This document shows, in pieces, positions 45,925 to 56,060 of a DNA stretch of 64,000 bases. Source of the stretch: Sporopachydermia quercuum (Eukaryota); NCBI GenBank assembly GCA_001599295.1, contig BCGN01000004.1, positions 1,613,676 through 1,677,675 of the forward strand. The letters run 5' to 3'. Made by a program: the position numbers and the translations under genes. The notes beneath the pieces are model-generated. The model was given only the letters and a program-made list of their open reading frames with translations. It was not told the DNA's origin and ran no database searches. Position 1 is the first letter of the stretch; each line of letters starts with the position of its first letter.

Positions 45925-48900
45925 CTAATATATGCCATTCCAATAATTAATCAAATCCCTGCAACGGTAGCTCGTTGGCCATCCAACCTCAGACTCAATA
46001 TTACTCAACAAATTCAACAGCACAGTATGCTCATTTCTACTGCTAAGCAATCTTCCTGCTATCCATAATGGCTGTAATGAATTCGTATATGCTCCATGGT
46101 CATTACTAGTACATCCGATACCCACTATTCTTCTTGCATGCCAAACTGGCGATTTATTCTGAGATTTCTCCTTAATAGCACTATTTGTTCTGCTACCTTC
46201 ATCTCGATCCAATGACGATAGTTTCAGCAATCGTGGTTTATTCTCTAGCATTAAAATAACTGCCATATGATACATCTGATTGCCAGACACAGCTTTAGAA
46301 TTGGTGAAATAAACCTTTGGAAAAGGAAAATCCCCATCTTGCCATTCAAATAGTGGTTTCATTGGCACTGGGCAATCATTCTTCCAGTCATCCAATTCTT
46401 GCCATAAGTCAACCCATTCATTCTCGAAGTTCACACTGTGATCATCACTGGATATCAAATTGATAACTCTTGAGCATAAAAACACGATATAATTTGCATA
46501 CATATCCCAGTTTTCTGGTCCTGACGCTGCTAAAAACAATTTTTTCGACGTTTTAACATCTGGGTAACCTAATGGGAGCCAATCCCTGCAAGGAATAATA
46601 GTTGTTTGTTCTCCTATCACAGCAGCGCAAACATCCATTCGAATAAAACACCAGAAAATGCTTCTTTCTAAAGGAGGACTAAACCCGTTAATAGAATATC
46701 GCTTAAATAGCACGGCACATCCCTCTAGATGTCTTCTCCAATTCTTGGGCTTACTACTCATCATTTCAAATAGGCATAGCATGACACAGGCTGCAAGCAT
46801 GCTACAATCAACATCCGATTGATTATATTGGGGAACCAAATGCTGTAACGCAGTATGATACAACTGCAATGATTTGTCCTTAGGATAATTACTGTGCGTA
46901 CCCTCATATTGTCTAGACGACAATGCTAGCATTGCATAATGCAATGCCGGACATGTCAAGGCCATAAAAGGTACCTGGAAGCCAAAGTGTCTTTCTAAAC
47001 CAAACATATCCAGCCAGTTTGAGACTTCATTCACGTAGTTTTTAAGCAGCATTAATTCTTCGTTTTTGCTTAATTTTGGAGACTCGGCATTAGCAAAATC
47101 GTCAGATTTGAAGTATTCTTGAAACACATCTTCGTGAGGAATATCAGAAGGTATTGTCAGCACTGGTGAGCCTTTATTTTGCGTGGTAGACGCATTCAAA
47201 TACATAAAATCACGTAAAGTATCAGGGAATTCGTAGAAGTTCTCAGCAGCTTCGTTTTCCTGGAAACATTCAAGAAATCCGTTATAATCAAGCACAATTG
47301 CATTGTTAGAATTGGTAAAATCAGATGCTAGTGAATCGTATAAACTTGCAGCCTGAATAGATGTTCTGGGAAGAGTAGAGTTTGCAGAGTTAGTTATGCT
47401 ACCTCTTGGGGTTGTTGAAGGTAATGGCGAGAATCTAGAATTAGCAACTAGATACTGTTCGTTAGGAGTAGCNCCAGCGGGATTCTGCAGAGATATGCCT
47501 TGGGGAGTGGCTAGAGGTGTTGCCTGGGCTGCCGGAGCTGCTTGAGATTGCTGCTGCATATGTTGATGGTTGATATTTGATTGCCCTGTTGTTGTGGGTA
47601 GGTTCAATTTATTATAGAAACTCTGTTGTTCAGATTCTAATTTCCGTGTTTTCCATTCGAGATTCTGCCGCGTTAATTGGAACTTTCCTGGTGATAGCAG
47701 TTCATAATTGCTCTGGCTTTTTTCTAGATTGAAGTCTTTCTCAGTAGCAATAGGTGTGAAACTGCCGGCTGCAGCATTGGCAGTATTAGCAGTACTCGCG
47801 GCACTTGTATCAACAGGAGTTGGAGCTGGATTATTAAGATGAGAATTTTGAATGTTTTGTTGATATATACCTGTAATTGGATCATCGAACCCGTCAGTGG
47901 AATTAGAAGTACTGTTTTTCATACCGTTAGGTAGAAGACTAGGATGAAAAAGATGACTACTAACATGCAAGATACTATTTGTACTTAGTTTTCCATTCAG
48001 GCTGATTCTCCCATTTTCGGTTCCAACTTCGGATTTGATAATATCGATATCAATGTTTGGTTTCTTTTGATACTTATTGAAAGCTGATAGCTCTTGAGCC
48101 GCAGTGATAAGTATTCTGGAATCAAGACTTCTAGATCCTTTCTCTGATCCTAAACCTGGCCCTGGAGGGAACGTCTGTACGCCGTTAAATGGGATGTCTG
48201 TCCTATTTAAAGGCAGAAGATGCGAATGCTGATGTGTTTCGCCTTGCGGTAGCTCCTGAGGTTTATTAGAAAGGGTGCTTGATGATAGAATACTGTTGAT
48301 ACTAGTATTAGCTGTAGTATTGGTGCTGTTGGTGCTATTGGTACTACTACTGCCACTACTACTGTTGCCATTTAGATCGCCATTCAGGTTACCGTTTCCT
48401 ACTGGTGCCGATACTAAATTGTGTACCGATGGTTTAAATGGCTTTTTCAGTTCACTTTCATTTGAAGAAATCACAGTTTCAAGCTTAGATCCGTTAATCG
48501 AAGTAGTTACAAACACTGGTTCATTTGCACCTGGTGGCCAGTTACATTGGAGGTTATTAACCGTGCAGTAGCCGCATTTCAGCTCGCCAGAGTTGTTCAT
48601 CATTTTAACCTCATCGCATTTTCTATGCTTTTTCCGACATGTGAAGCATCCCGTGCGTACTCTTTTAGATGAGCGTAGCTTTTTATTGCTTGGAGTTGAA
48701 GATGAATCGTTTGAATTTGCAGTTGTAGTTGTAGCTGTAGTTGTTGATGATGCTGTTGCTGTAGCTGTGTTACCGTTCGAATTAGGCTCAGCATCCATGT
48801 TGTATTCAGAGAGTCTTTTCAATCCTTTCTCGGGCGAGGCTACCGTATCAGTGGCCCTGATGGTGGAAGAGTAGGAAGTTGTACTGGAGCTAGGAACTGA

Positions 48901-49083
48901 GTTGTTAGGATTTCTACTAGAATTATCACTGATATTATTGCTGATACTGCTGCTACTGTTGATACCATTACTACTGATCGCAACAGCTGTGTTTACACCA
49001 CTAGTGCTGCTAGTAGTACTGATCGGCGGTTGATTGAACAGGTCGTGATTACAAGCTGTAACCAAAGCTGGACTTGATTCCAT
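45925..49083 (-). CDS. Zn(II)2Cys6 transcription factor with C-terminal Fungal_trans_2-type domain
   Basis: RTGCFTCRKKHRKCDE...CGYCTVNNLQC; C-terminal LLKNYVNEVSNWLDMF...ALHYAMLALSSRQ...WRRHLEG...FWCFIRMD...LQPLWIAGR. Confidence 0.9.
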   Translation of the reverse strand: MESSPALVTACNHDLFNQPPISTTSSTSGVNTAVAISSNGINSSSSISNNISDNSSRNPNNSVPSSSTTSYSSTIRATDTVASPEKGLKRLSEYNMDAEPNSNGNTATATASSTTTATTTTANSNDSSSTPSNKKLRSSKRVRTGCFTCRKKHRKCDEVKMMNNSGELKCGYCTVNNLQCNWPPGANEPVFVTTSINGSKLETVISSNESELKKPFKPSVHNLVSAPVGNGNLNGDLNGNSSSGSSSTNSTNSTNTTANTSINSILSSSTLSNKPQELPQGETHQHSHLLPLNRTDIPFNGVQTFPPGPGLGSEKGSRSLDSRILITAAQELSAFNKYQKKPNIDIDIIKSEVGTENGRISLNGKLSTNSILHVSSHLFHPSLLPNGMKNSTSNSTDGFDDPITGIYQQNIQNSHLNNPAPTPVDTSAASTANTANAAAGSFTPIATEKDFNLEKSQSNYELLSPGKFQLTRQNLEWKTRKLESEQQSFYNKLNLPTTTGQSNINHQHMQQQSQAAPAAQATPLATPQGISLQNPAXATPNEQYLVANSRFSPLPSTTPRGSITNSANSTLPRTSIQAASLYDSLASDFTNSNNAIVLDYNGFLECFQENEAAENFYEFPDTLRDFMYLNASTTQNKGSPVLTIPSDIPHEDVFQEYFKSDDFANAESPKLSKNEELMLLKNYVNEVSNWLDMFGLERHFGFQVPFMALTCPALHYAMLALSSRQYEGTHSNYPKDKSLQLYHTALQHLVPQYNQSDVDCSMLAACVMLCLFEMMSSKPKNWRRHLEGCAVLFKRYSINGFSPPLERSIFWCFIRMDVCAAVIGEQTTIIPCRDWLPLGYPDVKTSKKLFLAASGPENWDMYANYIVFLCSRVINLISSDDHSVNFENEWVDLWQELDDWKNDCPVPMKPLFEWQDGDFPFPKVYFTNSKAVSGNQMYHMAVILMLENKPRLLKLSSLDRDEGSRTNSAIKEKSQNKSPVWHARRIVGIGCTSNDHGAYTNSLQPLWIAGRLLSSRNEHTVLLNLLSNIESEVGWPTSYRCRDLINYWNGIY

Positions 49084-49859
49084 TGTTCATTGAGAGAAAA
49101 ACCTGAAAGGTTCTCAATTGAGGTAGTTGATAACTCCAATCTTCCTTTGATAAATCCCGTTCGATATCCGATCACCCGCTTCAAAAATATCAAGTGTAAC
49201 AGCAAGAAATGAACAAAACAGCTCGGTGATTCAGCAAATCCTGTCCCTGAACGCGAGAGGGGGGTGAGCGAAGATCGAGTTGAGAGGTTTGTGTGGATTG
49301 ATTGGATTAGCTTAACGTTCGATCAGCGTCGCGCTAAATCTAAAATCGTAAACGAACAGTTTACCGGACAAGAGCTAACTGTGGAGGTTTATGTTATGTA
49401 TTACGTGACAGAAATGGTAATGTTGATGGAATGTCGAGGCAATGTAGATAAAATGAAGAACTTATGAAAATCAGGTGGAACTCATATGCTACCATAGAAA
49501 AGAAAGAGCAATTTCGGGGTGAAAATTTTGGTTTTGGAGTTAAAAATGATTGAAAGTTCTCCCCCATATATTTGCATTCCTGGNATATTCAAACTTTAAT
49601 TGTATATGGTCCCCACTTGAAGTTTATATCAAAGTTGAGAAACAAAGATAATTATCTTAATAATGCCCTAAAGTTTGAACATTAAAGAAAAAAGTGTAAA
49701 CTTTATTTCTAATATAAATACTCACTTCTAAGGTACACGGAAAAACTAAGACCTTAATTAAACATTAAGGTTTAGCTCTAGTTTCTCCTCAATCTTAACT
49801 TTATTAATACAATTAGATTCACCTCCATCTGTTATCCATCTGAGTACACCCTCATCTCC

Positions 49860-50040
49860 ATCTAATTCACCCCATACTAGTAGTATTCATCAATAAAAAC
49901 CAGAGAATGAAACATCATAAATTATCAAAATATCTGCTTTTGTTACTATTAGTCATGCCTCCGAACAGTATAACAATTAATCTGGAATCCTTTGTTTCCT
50001 ATCAAAGAAAGATTGTAATAGTACGGTACCTTCAGTCATC
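49860..50040 (+). mobile_element. Possible Ty3/gypsy RT relic
   Basis: SSIHQ*K...KISAFVT (AFVT at 49936-49947; cf. SGYHQI...EKTAFVT) and overlapping-frame LVMPP...SYQR (cf. LVMPFG...TFQR). Confidence 0.42.
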
Positions 50041-50256
50041 GTGAAGTTAGCCGTTAATATGCTTTTAACTGAAATTGATCCGCGATCCGAAGACCAGAAA
50101 ATGTAATATAACCTTTCATGATAATCAAACGTAAATGTCATATTTTGTTTTATAAGACATGAGTGAACTGNTGATTTGTAGCTTAAGCATGTGGAAAAAC
50201 TCGTTTAGCGAGATAACTTCTGATACCAAAGTTCCAGGAAGCACATAATTAATCCG

Positions 50257-51978
50257 TTAATTTCTTCTGTCGTCCCATCGAGAAATTGCACGTGAATCTC
50301 GGTCTCTTTCCCGATCCCGTTCTCTTTTTGCGGGATCTCGGTCTTTTTCTCTCCGGTATCTGTTATGTGAATACTTATCCCGATAATGTCCTCCCGACTT
50401 CCGGTCCCGATCTCGATCTCGATCTCGGTTTTGCCAGTATCCGCTATCCCTGTCTCGATCTCTTTCCCGCTCTCTTTCCCGCTCTCGGCTTTCCCATATG
50501 TCCGGTTTGTCCCGAGTGTACCGATCGTTCAAGGAGTGCCGCCGTAAGTTCCGAAGAACAAGTGTCTCATACTCATTCAAACTTCGCTTGAATTCCTTGA
50601 TCCGAGTCTCAGTCATTTCATTTGGATCTCGAAACCCTTCCCATGGACTCCCATCCGGCGAATCTGCTATCCAGTCTTCCAAAGACAGTACATAATACTC
50701 GACAAGTTCTTTCAGCACTTCTTTGCTGTATTCCTCGATCCGATCTCGATACTCCGGAGTGTTATATAATGCTGATACGATGCGTTCGTACACTTTTTTT
50801 GCGTCCCGTAATGTTTTAATGGACACTTGTAGGAATAAAGAAGNGGGAAGAGGACGCAACGGAGGTGAATGTGGGATTGAAGAGTCTGCAGAGTCCTGTG
50901 TGGGGCTTGTTCCAGAGTAGGCATTTACCGGACCGATTGATTTATTAGATTTGGGGTTTGGACCTGCTCTATCTGCAAAATATCCGGAGCCTGAAACCGG
51001 TTCGGACGGTTTACTCGTTGTAGACTTATTTCGATTATCTCCAATACTAAGTAAATTACCTTTTTCGGATAAACTCGGAACGGNTTTTTGTTTATCTTTT
51101 GTTCCTCTATCCGTATTAAATTGAACTTCAATTGGATCTTTGCCTTCGGATCGCAGCTTTTTAACCAATTCTCTGTGTTTTTCCCACTCCTGTTTCCGTT
51201 TCTCGGCTATTCCTTCTATGTGCTTCTTTGTTTTGTCATCCGTTTTCTCTAACGATAAAATCCGTTGATATTCCGCTACCGCTAGTGTGACTGATATTGC
51301 GTCGTTTGACAGCCGAGATGACCTTCGGATTCGCGACATCACTCCGTTGATATCTCGGATCTCTAATCCGTGAACTAACATATCCGATATCAGATTCACC
51401 CATCCGTTAACTTCCTGGGCAAATTCAGAACTACACAAAAATCCCCAAATCGCTTCTTCCACTTTGGTTTCCGCAGTTTCATCCCAACCGGTATTTCCCG
51501 AGATTCTATCTACTATGCTCAAAATCTCATTGATCACCATCGGAATCAAATTGTCTACATTCTTCATATGTCGAAGGGCTTTATTGTTCCGATCGGAACA
51601 TATTCCGGAAACAATTTCTTCAATATGCGGGACAAAAATCTGAAAGCCAATGATTTCAAGAGATCTCCGAATCACTAGTTCGCTTATTAATGTGATTACC
51701 CCACAGCGGGACAATGTTATTATGATGCTTTGAGGTTGTGTCACTTGTACAGGCTTGTCCAAGGTGCTGAGGTACCGAGCGTTCCGGAACAACCGGCAGG
51801 ATTTTTCTATATCCTCGATATCCACATCGAAGTATGTGTTTTGGGTCAGTTTTATTACTTCTGAGAAGGCAGATTCGTCTATTTTGGAGCTTTTCGGGTC
51901 TTTTTTGTTNATTATGTCATTCTGTTTTGGTNGTGGTGGAGGTGGTGGTGGTTGTAATTGCGGTGGGGCCGGTGGCAT
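50257..51978 (-). CDS. Unknown protein: poly-Pro N-terminus, helical domain with weak Shg1/BOD1-like resemblance, RD/RE-rich C-terminus
   Basis: 573-aa ORF; IEEIVSGICSDR...ILSIVDRISG loosely resembles the BOD1/Shg1 domain; tail RERERDRDRD. Confidence 0.7.
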   Translation of the reverse strand: MPPAPPQLQPPPPPPXPKQNDIXNKKDPKSSKIDESAFSEVIKLTQNTYFDVDIEDIEKSCRLFRNARYLSTLDKPVQVTQPQSIIITLSRCGVITLISELVIRRSLEIIGFQIFVPHIEEIVSGICSDRNNKALRHMKNVDNLIPMVINEILSIVDRISGNTGWDETAETKVEEAIWGFLCSSEFAQEVNGWVNLISDMLVHGLEIRDINGVMSRIRRSSRLSNDAISVTLAVAEYQRILSLEKTDDKTKKHIEGIAEKRKQEWEKHRELVKKLRSEGKDPIEVQFNTDRGTKDKQKXVPSLSEKGNLLSIGDNRNKSTTSKPSEPVSGSGYFADRAGPNPKSNKSIGPVNAYSGTSPTQDSADSSIPHSPPLRPLPXSLFLQVSIKTLRDAKKVYERIVSALYNTPEYRDRIEEYSKEVLKELVEYYVLSLEDWIADSPDGSPWEGFRDPNEMTETRIKEFKRSLNEYETLVLRNLRRHSLNDRYTRDKPDIWESRERERERERDRDRDSGYWQNRDRDRDRDRKSGGHYRDKYSHNRYRREKDRDPAKRERDRERDRDSRAISRWDDRRN

Positions 51979-52659
51979 TGTACAGAGGAAAAGGATAAGC
52001 GGTAGTTAGTCCGGAGATATCTGAACCTAAATGCCAAATGGGATATAGATCTCGGAATGATTAATCAATAGGAAACGGATGACCCAAGAGGGTTTGCAAC
52101 AGAACCGAAAAGTGAATGGTAGAAGAGAGGTGAAAAATAGAAGAGATGCTGAGGGTACAAGGAATATTGGAATCTTGAGAGTTGCCNCTGGCATGAGCTA
52201 ATGATTATCTAATCCACTATTACTTGTGCCTTTTTTAGTGTTATCTCCCAATACCCCCTCCGAAAGAAAGAAAAGACCTTNTTCTCCAATCTCCCGAACA
52301 CCCTCGCCTTTCCTTATCAAAATCACCAAAATACTACGAAGCCCAAATGGTGCTAAAAGTGCTACTTATCTTCCCAGCNGTTGATTCTATTTACCTTATT
52401 ATAGCATCGTTTTCTCCGTATATTCCATCAATTCTTCCTATTAATCTTTGTCACCCATATCCACGCTGCTTTATTCTTCTGCTACTACGGAATCGCGCTG
52501 AGNAATCACCTATCTGCTTCTTTATTGATTTTTTTGTTTGTGACTTAGCAGTACCATTACACGCTAACTGTGACAACGACCATAGCGCAAGTTCCGTCAT
52601 TCAGCAGAAAGGAACATTTATATTTCTGATTTTTTTACTTTATTCCTTTATTTTGTATC

Positions 52660-55146
52660 ATGCTTGCCGAAAGACTCTCCGTGCCAACCCCAGGCGAAAA
52701 GAAAATTATCACCCCGCCAGTCATTGATCTGACCAAGTCTTATGATTCATTTGAGCCTCCGAGCAAAAAACGAGCAAACTATCTCAGTGATCCTTTACCT
52801 TCCGCTCCATACACTGTGGAATCGCCTCTGGTGAAACGGAAAAACCTGTGCTATAATTTAATTGTTACTCCAGTACCAGCTAAAAAGGCCGCCAAGCGGG
52901 AGAATGACGAGGAAGAGGAAGAGGAAAAGGGAAAGGGAAAGGAAAGCTCAACAAATAAAAGTAATGAATGCAAGTACACAGCGTATTATGATTCTCTAAT
53001 AATTCAGCTTTCTGAAGCAACTGATGCAATTTTCGCCAGTAAGAAATTGCCACTTCCTCTTCAAATACTCTATCGAAATGTTGAAAAGCTCTGTGTCAAA
53101 AACAGAAGCGACGAGTTATGGGATATGCTTAACAAGAAAATGAAGTCCCATTTAAAGGATAAATTACTAGTTGAATTCGATCAGTTTCTTGAATCTGAAG
53201 GTCTGAATTTCTCTGATGAAGCCGAAGTGTTGGTTTTAACAAACAAACAATGCTATAATGCTATATTTAAGCTTTCCTCTATGATGAAAGACTGGAACGA
53301 GAAAATGCTGCTGGTGAGACGGNTATTTTCTGCCTTGAGTCAACTACTTACAAACGTGTCTTATAAAGAAGAAGGCAATGGATATCTCCATGGATACTCA
53401 ACAATGATGTTCCAGAATATATTTATTAAGCCTGTGAAGTATAGAAAACTGTTTTCATGTGCTTTTATTTCCATCATCAAGCAGTATAGAGATCTTTGGC
53501 TAGATAAATATGAACAGGCTCTTGCTTGTAATGAGATTCCGGGCTTCTTGCTTCCAAACAAGAAAACCTCAGACGAGCTTATGGAACTTCTGGATGTCTA
53601 TAAGACTCTGAACAGACACTCGAGTTTTATTAATATTTCTGATGCTGTTCAGAAAGAAACAGCTGATTATTATAAGCGGCTGGGTTCTCATTTAATACAG
53701 AAATACAACACTAAACAGATCTTCAGCGTAGCAACTGCTTTGGTACCTCAAGAAGNCTCAATTTACAGCGTTGTTTACGCCGGCAATGNAAAGCCTCAGT
53801 CTCCATTTATTACTCTAAGAAGATATTTGTTTGAACCCAATGGTGAGGAAATCCTCAAAGCTGGGTTTTCAATCGTGTTTTCTCAAGGAGATTCCAGCAC
53901 TATGAAAGAAATTCAAGGTGTGTATACCGAATCGCCGAAGCTTAAACCCTTGCTGGAGAAATACTGGTATGACGTGATCTACTCATCTGCCAGGAAACTA
54001 GCTGTTGATGATACTACGTTAACCCCAGTAGAAAGAGTGTCAGAGTTGGTGAAACTGCAAGAGCTCACCGAGATGTTTCTCGATGAATCTCTAAGACTAA
54101 GCCCGTTTGATACCTTGCGGAAGAAAGCATTCACTCAAGCTTTGCTTGGTGATGGAGATGACAGTGCTGTGGAAATGTTTACTAAATTGGTTGATGAGAC
54201 TCTTAGAAATCTACACACTGGCAAATGTAGTATTGGACCTGGAGCAAGAATTATTGAAGAAACGTTGCTGTTGCGAGAGTTCTTTAAAGACAGCAAGAAG
54301 TTCGATATTCTATGGAAGCGGGACTTTTCAAAACGTGTTCTGTTCAATAAAAGCAATCTTGATGATGAAGAAGTCATCAACTTCAGGCTTGAACAACATC
54401 ATCCAGCTTTAGCTCAGGAGATCAATTTGATGATGACAGATCTGGAAAACAGTGATTCTGCTTGTCGAGATTTTAATCTTTTAGTGCAGAGAAAGAGTGG
54501 TCGTAAGAAGGAGCCAAAGAGGGCAGAGATTTCTAATGATGAACCGTTGTTCCTGGAAGGAAGATTCAGTTCGTTGGGTAAGAGTGACTGGATATTCAAT
54601 GTAAAGATCATTAATAAAACGCTCTGGCCCAGTCTGCCTAAACACAACCTGGTAACTGTTCCAGGAGAAGAATTTGCTCTGTTCAATCAATTCAGAGATT
54701 TCTATCATAATGCGCTGGAACACAAGCAGCTGACGTATTCACCAGCATTAAGTAGCTGTGTAATCAATGCTGATTTCGGAGGGAAGACGCAAGAGCTGGA
54801 ATTGACGTTCTACCAGTTCCAAGTGTTGAATTTGTTTGCTGATAAGGATGTCTGGTCATTTGAAGAGATACGGGAAACTCTGGAACTACCCTTGCGAGAA
54901 CTTGCCCGTGTTTTGTTTTCGCTGTCCTGTGGGAAATATAAAGTGTTGACGAGAAAGTCTGGATCAAAGGACAGAATTGATAGAAAGGATGTGTTTCAGT
55001 ATAATGAAGACTTTAAAGTGAGAGGAGGCGTATTGAAAGTGGCGAATATAGCGCCAAAGAACCTGAATGAGTTTGCTGAAGAGTCTGAGGGGAAACTACA
55101 CAGACAAAATAGTAGAAAGGCTGGATCTGATAAGAAATGGAAGTAA
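52660..55146 (+). CDS. Divergent cullin, cullin-4-like, lacking the C-terminal neddylation domain
   Basis: N-terminal VIDLT and QLSEATDAIF...LQILYRNVEKLC as in fungal Cul4; cullin homology WKRDFSKRVLFNKS, MMTDLENS, FNVKII...WP, LFSLSCGKYKVL, FQYNEDFK; no IVRIMK motif before the stop. Confidence 0.8.
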   Translation: MLAERLSVPTPGEKKIITPPVIDLTKSYDSFEPPSKKRANYLSDPLPSAPYTVESPLVKRKNLCYNLIVTPVPAKKAAKRENDEEEEEEKGKGKESSTNKSNECKYTAYYDSLIIQLSEATDAIFASKKLPLPLQILYRNVEKLCVKNRSDELWDMLNKKMKSHLKDKLLVEFDQFLESEGLNFSDEAEVLVLTNKQCYNAIFKLSSMMKDWNEKMLLVRRXFSALSQLLTNVSYKEEGNGYLHGYSTMMFQNIFIKPVKYRKLFSCAFISIIKQYRDLWLDKYEQALACNEIPGFLLPNKKTSDELMELLDVYKTLNRHSSFINISDAVQKETADYYKRLGSHLIQKYNTKQIFSVATALVPQEXSIYSVVYAGNXKPQSPFITLRRYLFEPNGEEILKAGFSIVFSQGDSSTMKEIQGVYTESPKLKPLLEKYWYDVIYSSARKLAVDDTTLTPVERVSELVKLQELTEMFLDESLRLSPFDTLRKKAFTQALLGDGDDSAVEMFTKLVDETLRNLHTGKCSIGPGARIIEETLLLREFFKDSKKFDILWKRDFSKRVLFNKSNLDDEEVINFRLEQHHPALAQEINLMMTDLENSDSACRDFNLLVQRKSGRKKEPKRAEISNDEPLFLEGRFSSLGKSDWIFNVKIINKTLWPSLPKHNLVTVPGEEFALFNQFRDFYHNALEHKQLTYSPALSSCVINADFGGKTQELELTFYQFQVLNLFADKDVWSFEEIRETLELPLRELARVLFSLSCGKYKVLTRKSGSKDRIDRKDVFQYNEDFKVRGGVLKVANIAPKNLNEFAEESEGKLHRQNSRKAGSDKKWK

Positions 55147-55559
55147 TAAACAAAGCAGTAAGGAGGAAATAAACAGAGTAATGGAATGCCATGCAGTAAA
55201 TATCATGAATGTCATAGAAGCTCTATCGATATGTGTTTTTATGAACTGATATTGTTAGATACAGCAATTGCATAGTGGATAACGAAAAAGATGTAGCAAA
55301 AGAGATATAATATATATCATTATTATTGGTTAAGGAGATAAGATTTGACTATTTGACAGCTAATTATATAATTACTATGATAGTTTCACATGATTTATCT
55401 ATTCCACAGAATAGATAATCACTTAATATACCTAGCAAGTGTAACATAGAATAACTGAGAAGAATATCATGGAACATTACTAGCCATTACTGTCACATTG
55501 AATAGATATGCTTCTAATAGCCAAGGAAAACTAGTTATGTGAATGAAGATTTTGTCAAG

Positions 55560-56060
55560 CAAGGAAGAAGTTATCGTCATCGATTGGTGTTCAATTAGCT
55601 CTAAATGAGACATCTACAATAGCAGTCAAATTCTCTTCCCGAGAACAATCAGATTTGAAACCGGAGGATAATGCTTCATTCTTATTTTCGAATGTGTCGT
55701 CAATTATTTATTTCTGGTTATTATTCCTTATTACTCAAATGATATTGAACCTAACTTCAGTGGAAACATCTACCATTAACACACTGAAAGAAAAAGAAAG
55801 TCTGGTATTGAATGTGNTGTTTTTGAGAATTCATTGTTTTGTAACTGCGCAAATCTTAATAGGAGAATTTATGACTTCAATTCCCTAGTACGAAGGTATG
55901 AAAAGGTCAATGCTGAACTTCGATAAATTAAGGAATAGTCACCAAAGAGATCAATTAAAGAAGAAATCTTAAAACTATCAAATTTAATAGGTGATATTGT
56001 TAAATTCCACCATCTGTATGATAATGCTACATTGAAATACATTAGCAGACTACATTGATA
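55560..56060 (+). mobile_element. Degenerate Ty3/gypsy RT relic
   Basis: HRLVFN*/ALNETS (55578-; cf. WRLVVDYRALNKIT), SLPENNQI*NR (cf. PLPRIDEILDR), SYFR...ISGYYSL (SGYY at 55713-; cf. KYFS...KSGYHQI), LIGDIVKF near 55990. Confidence 0.62.
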
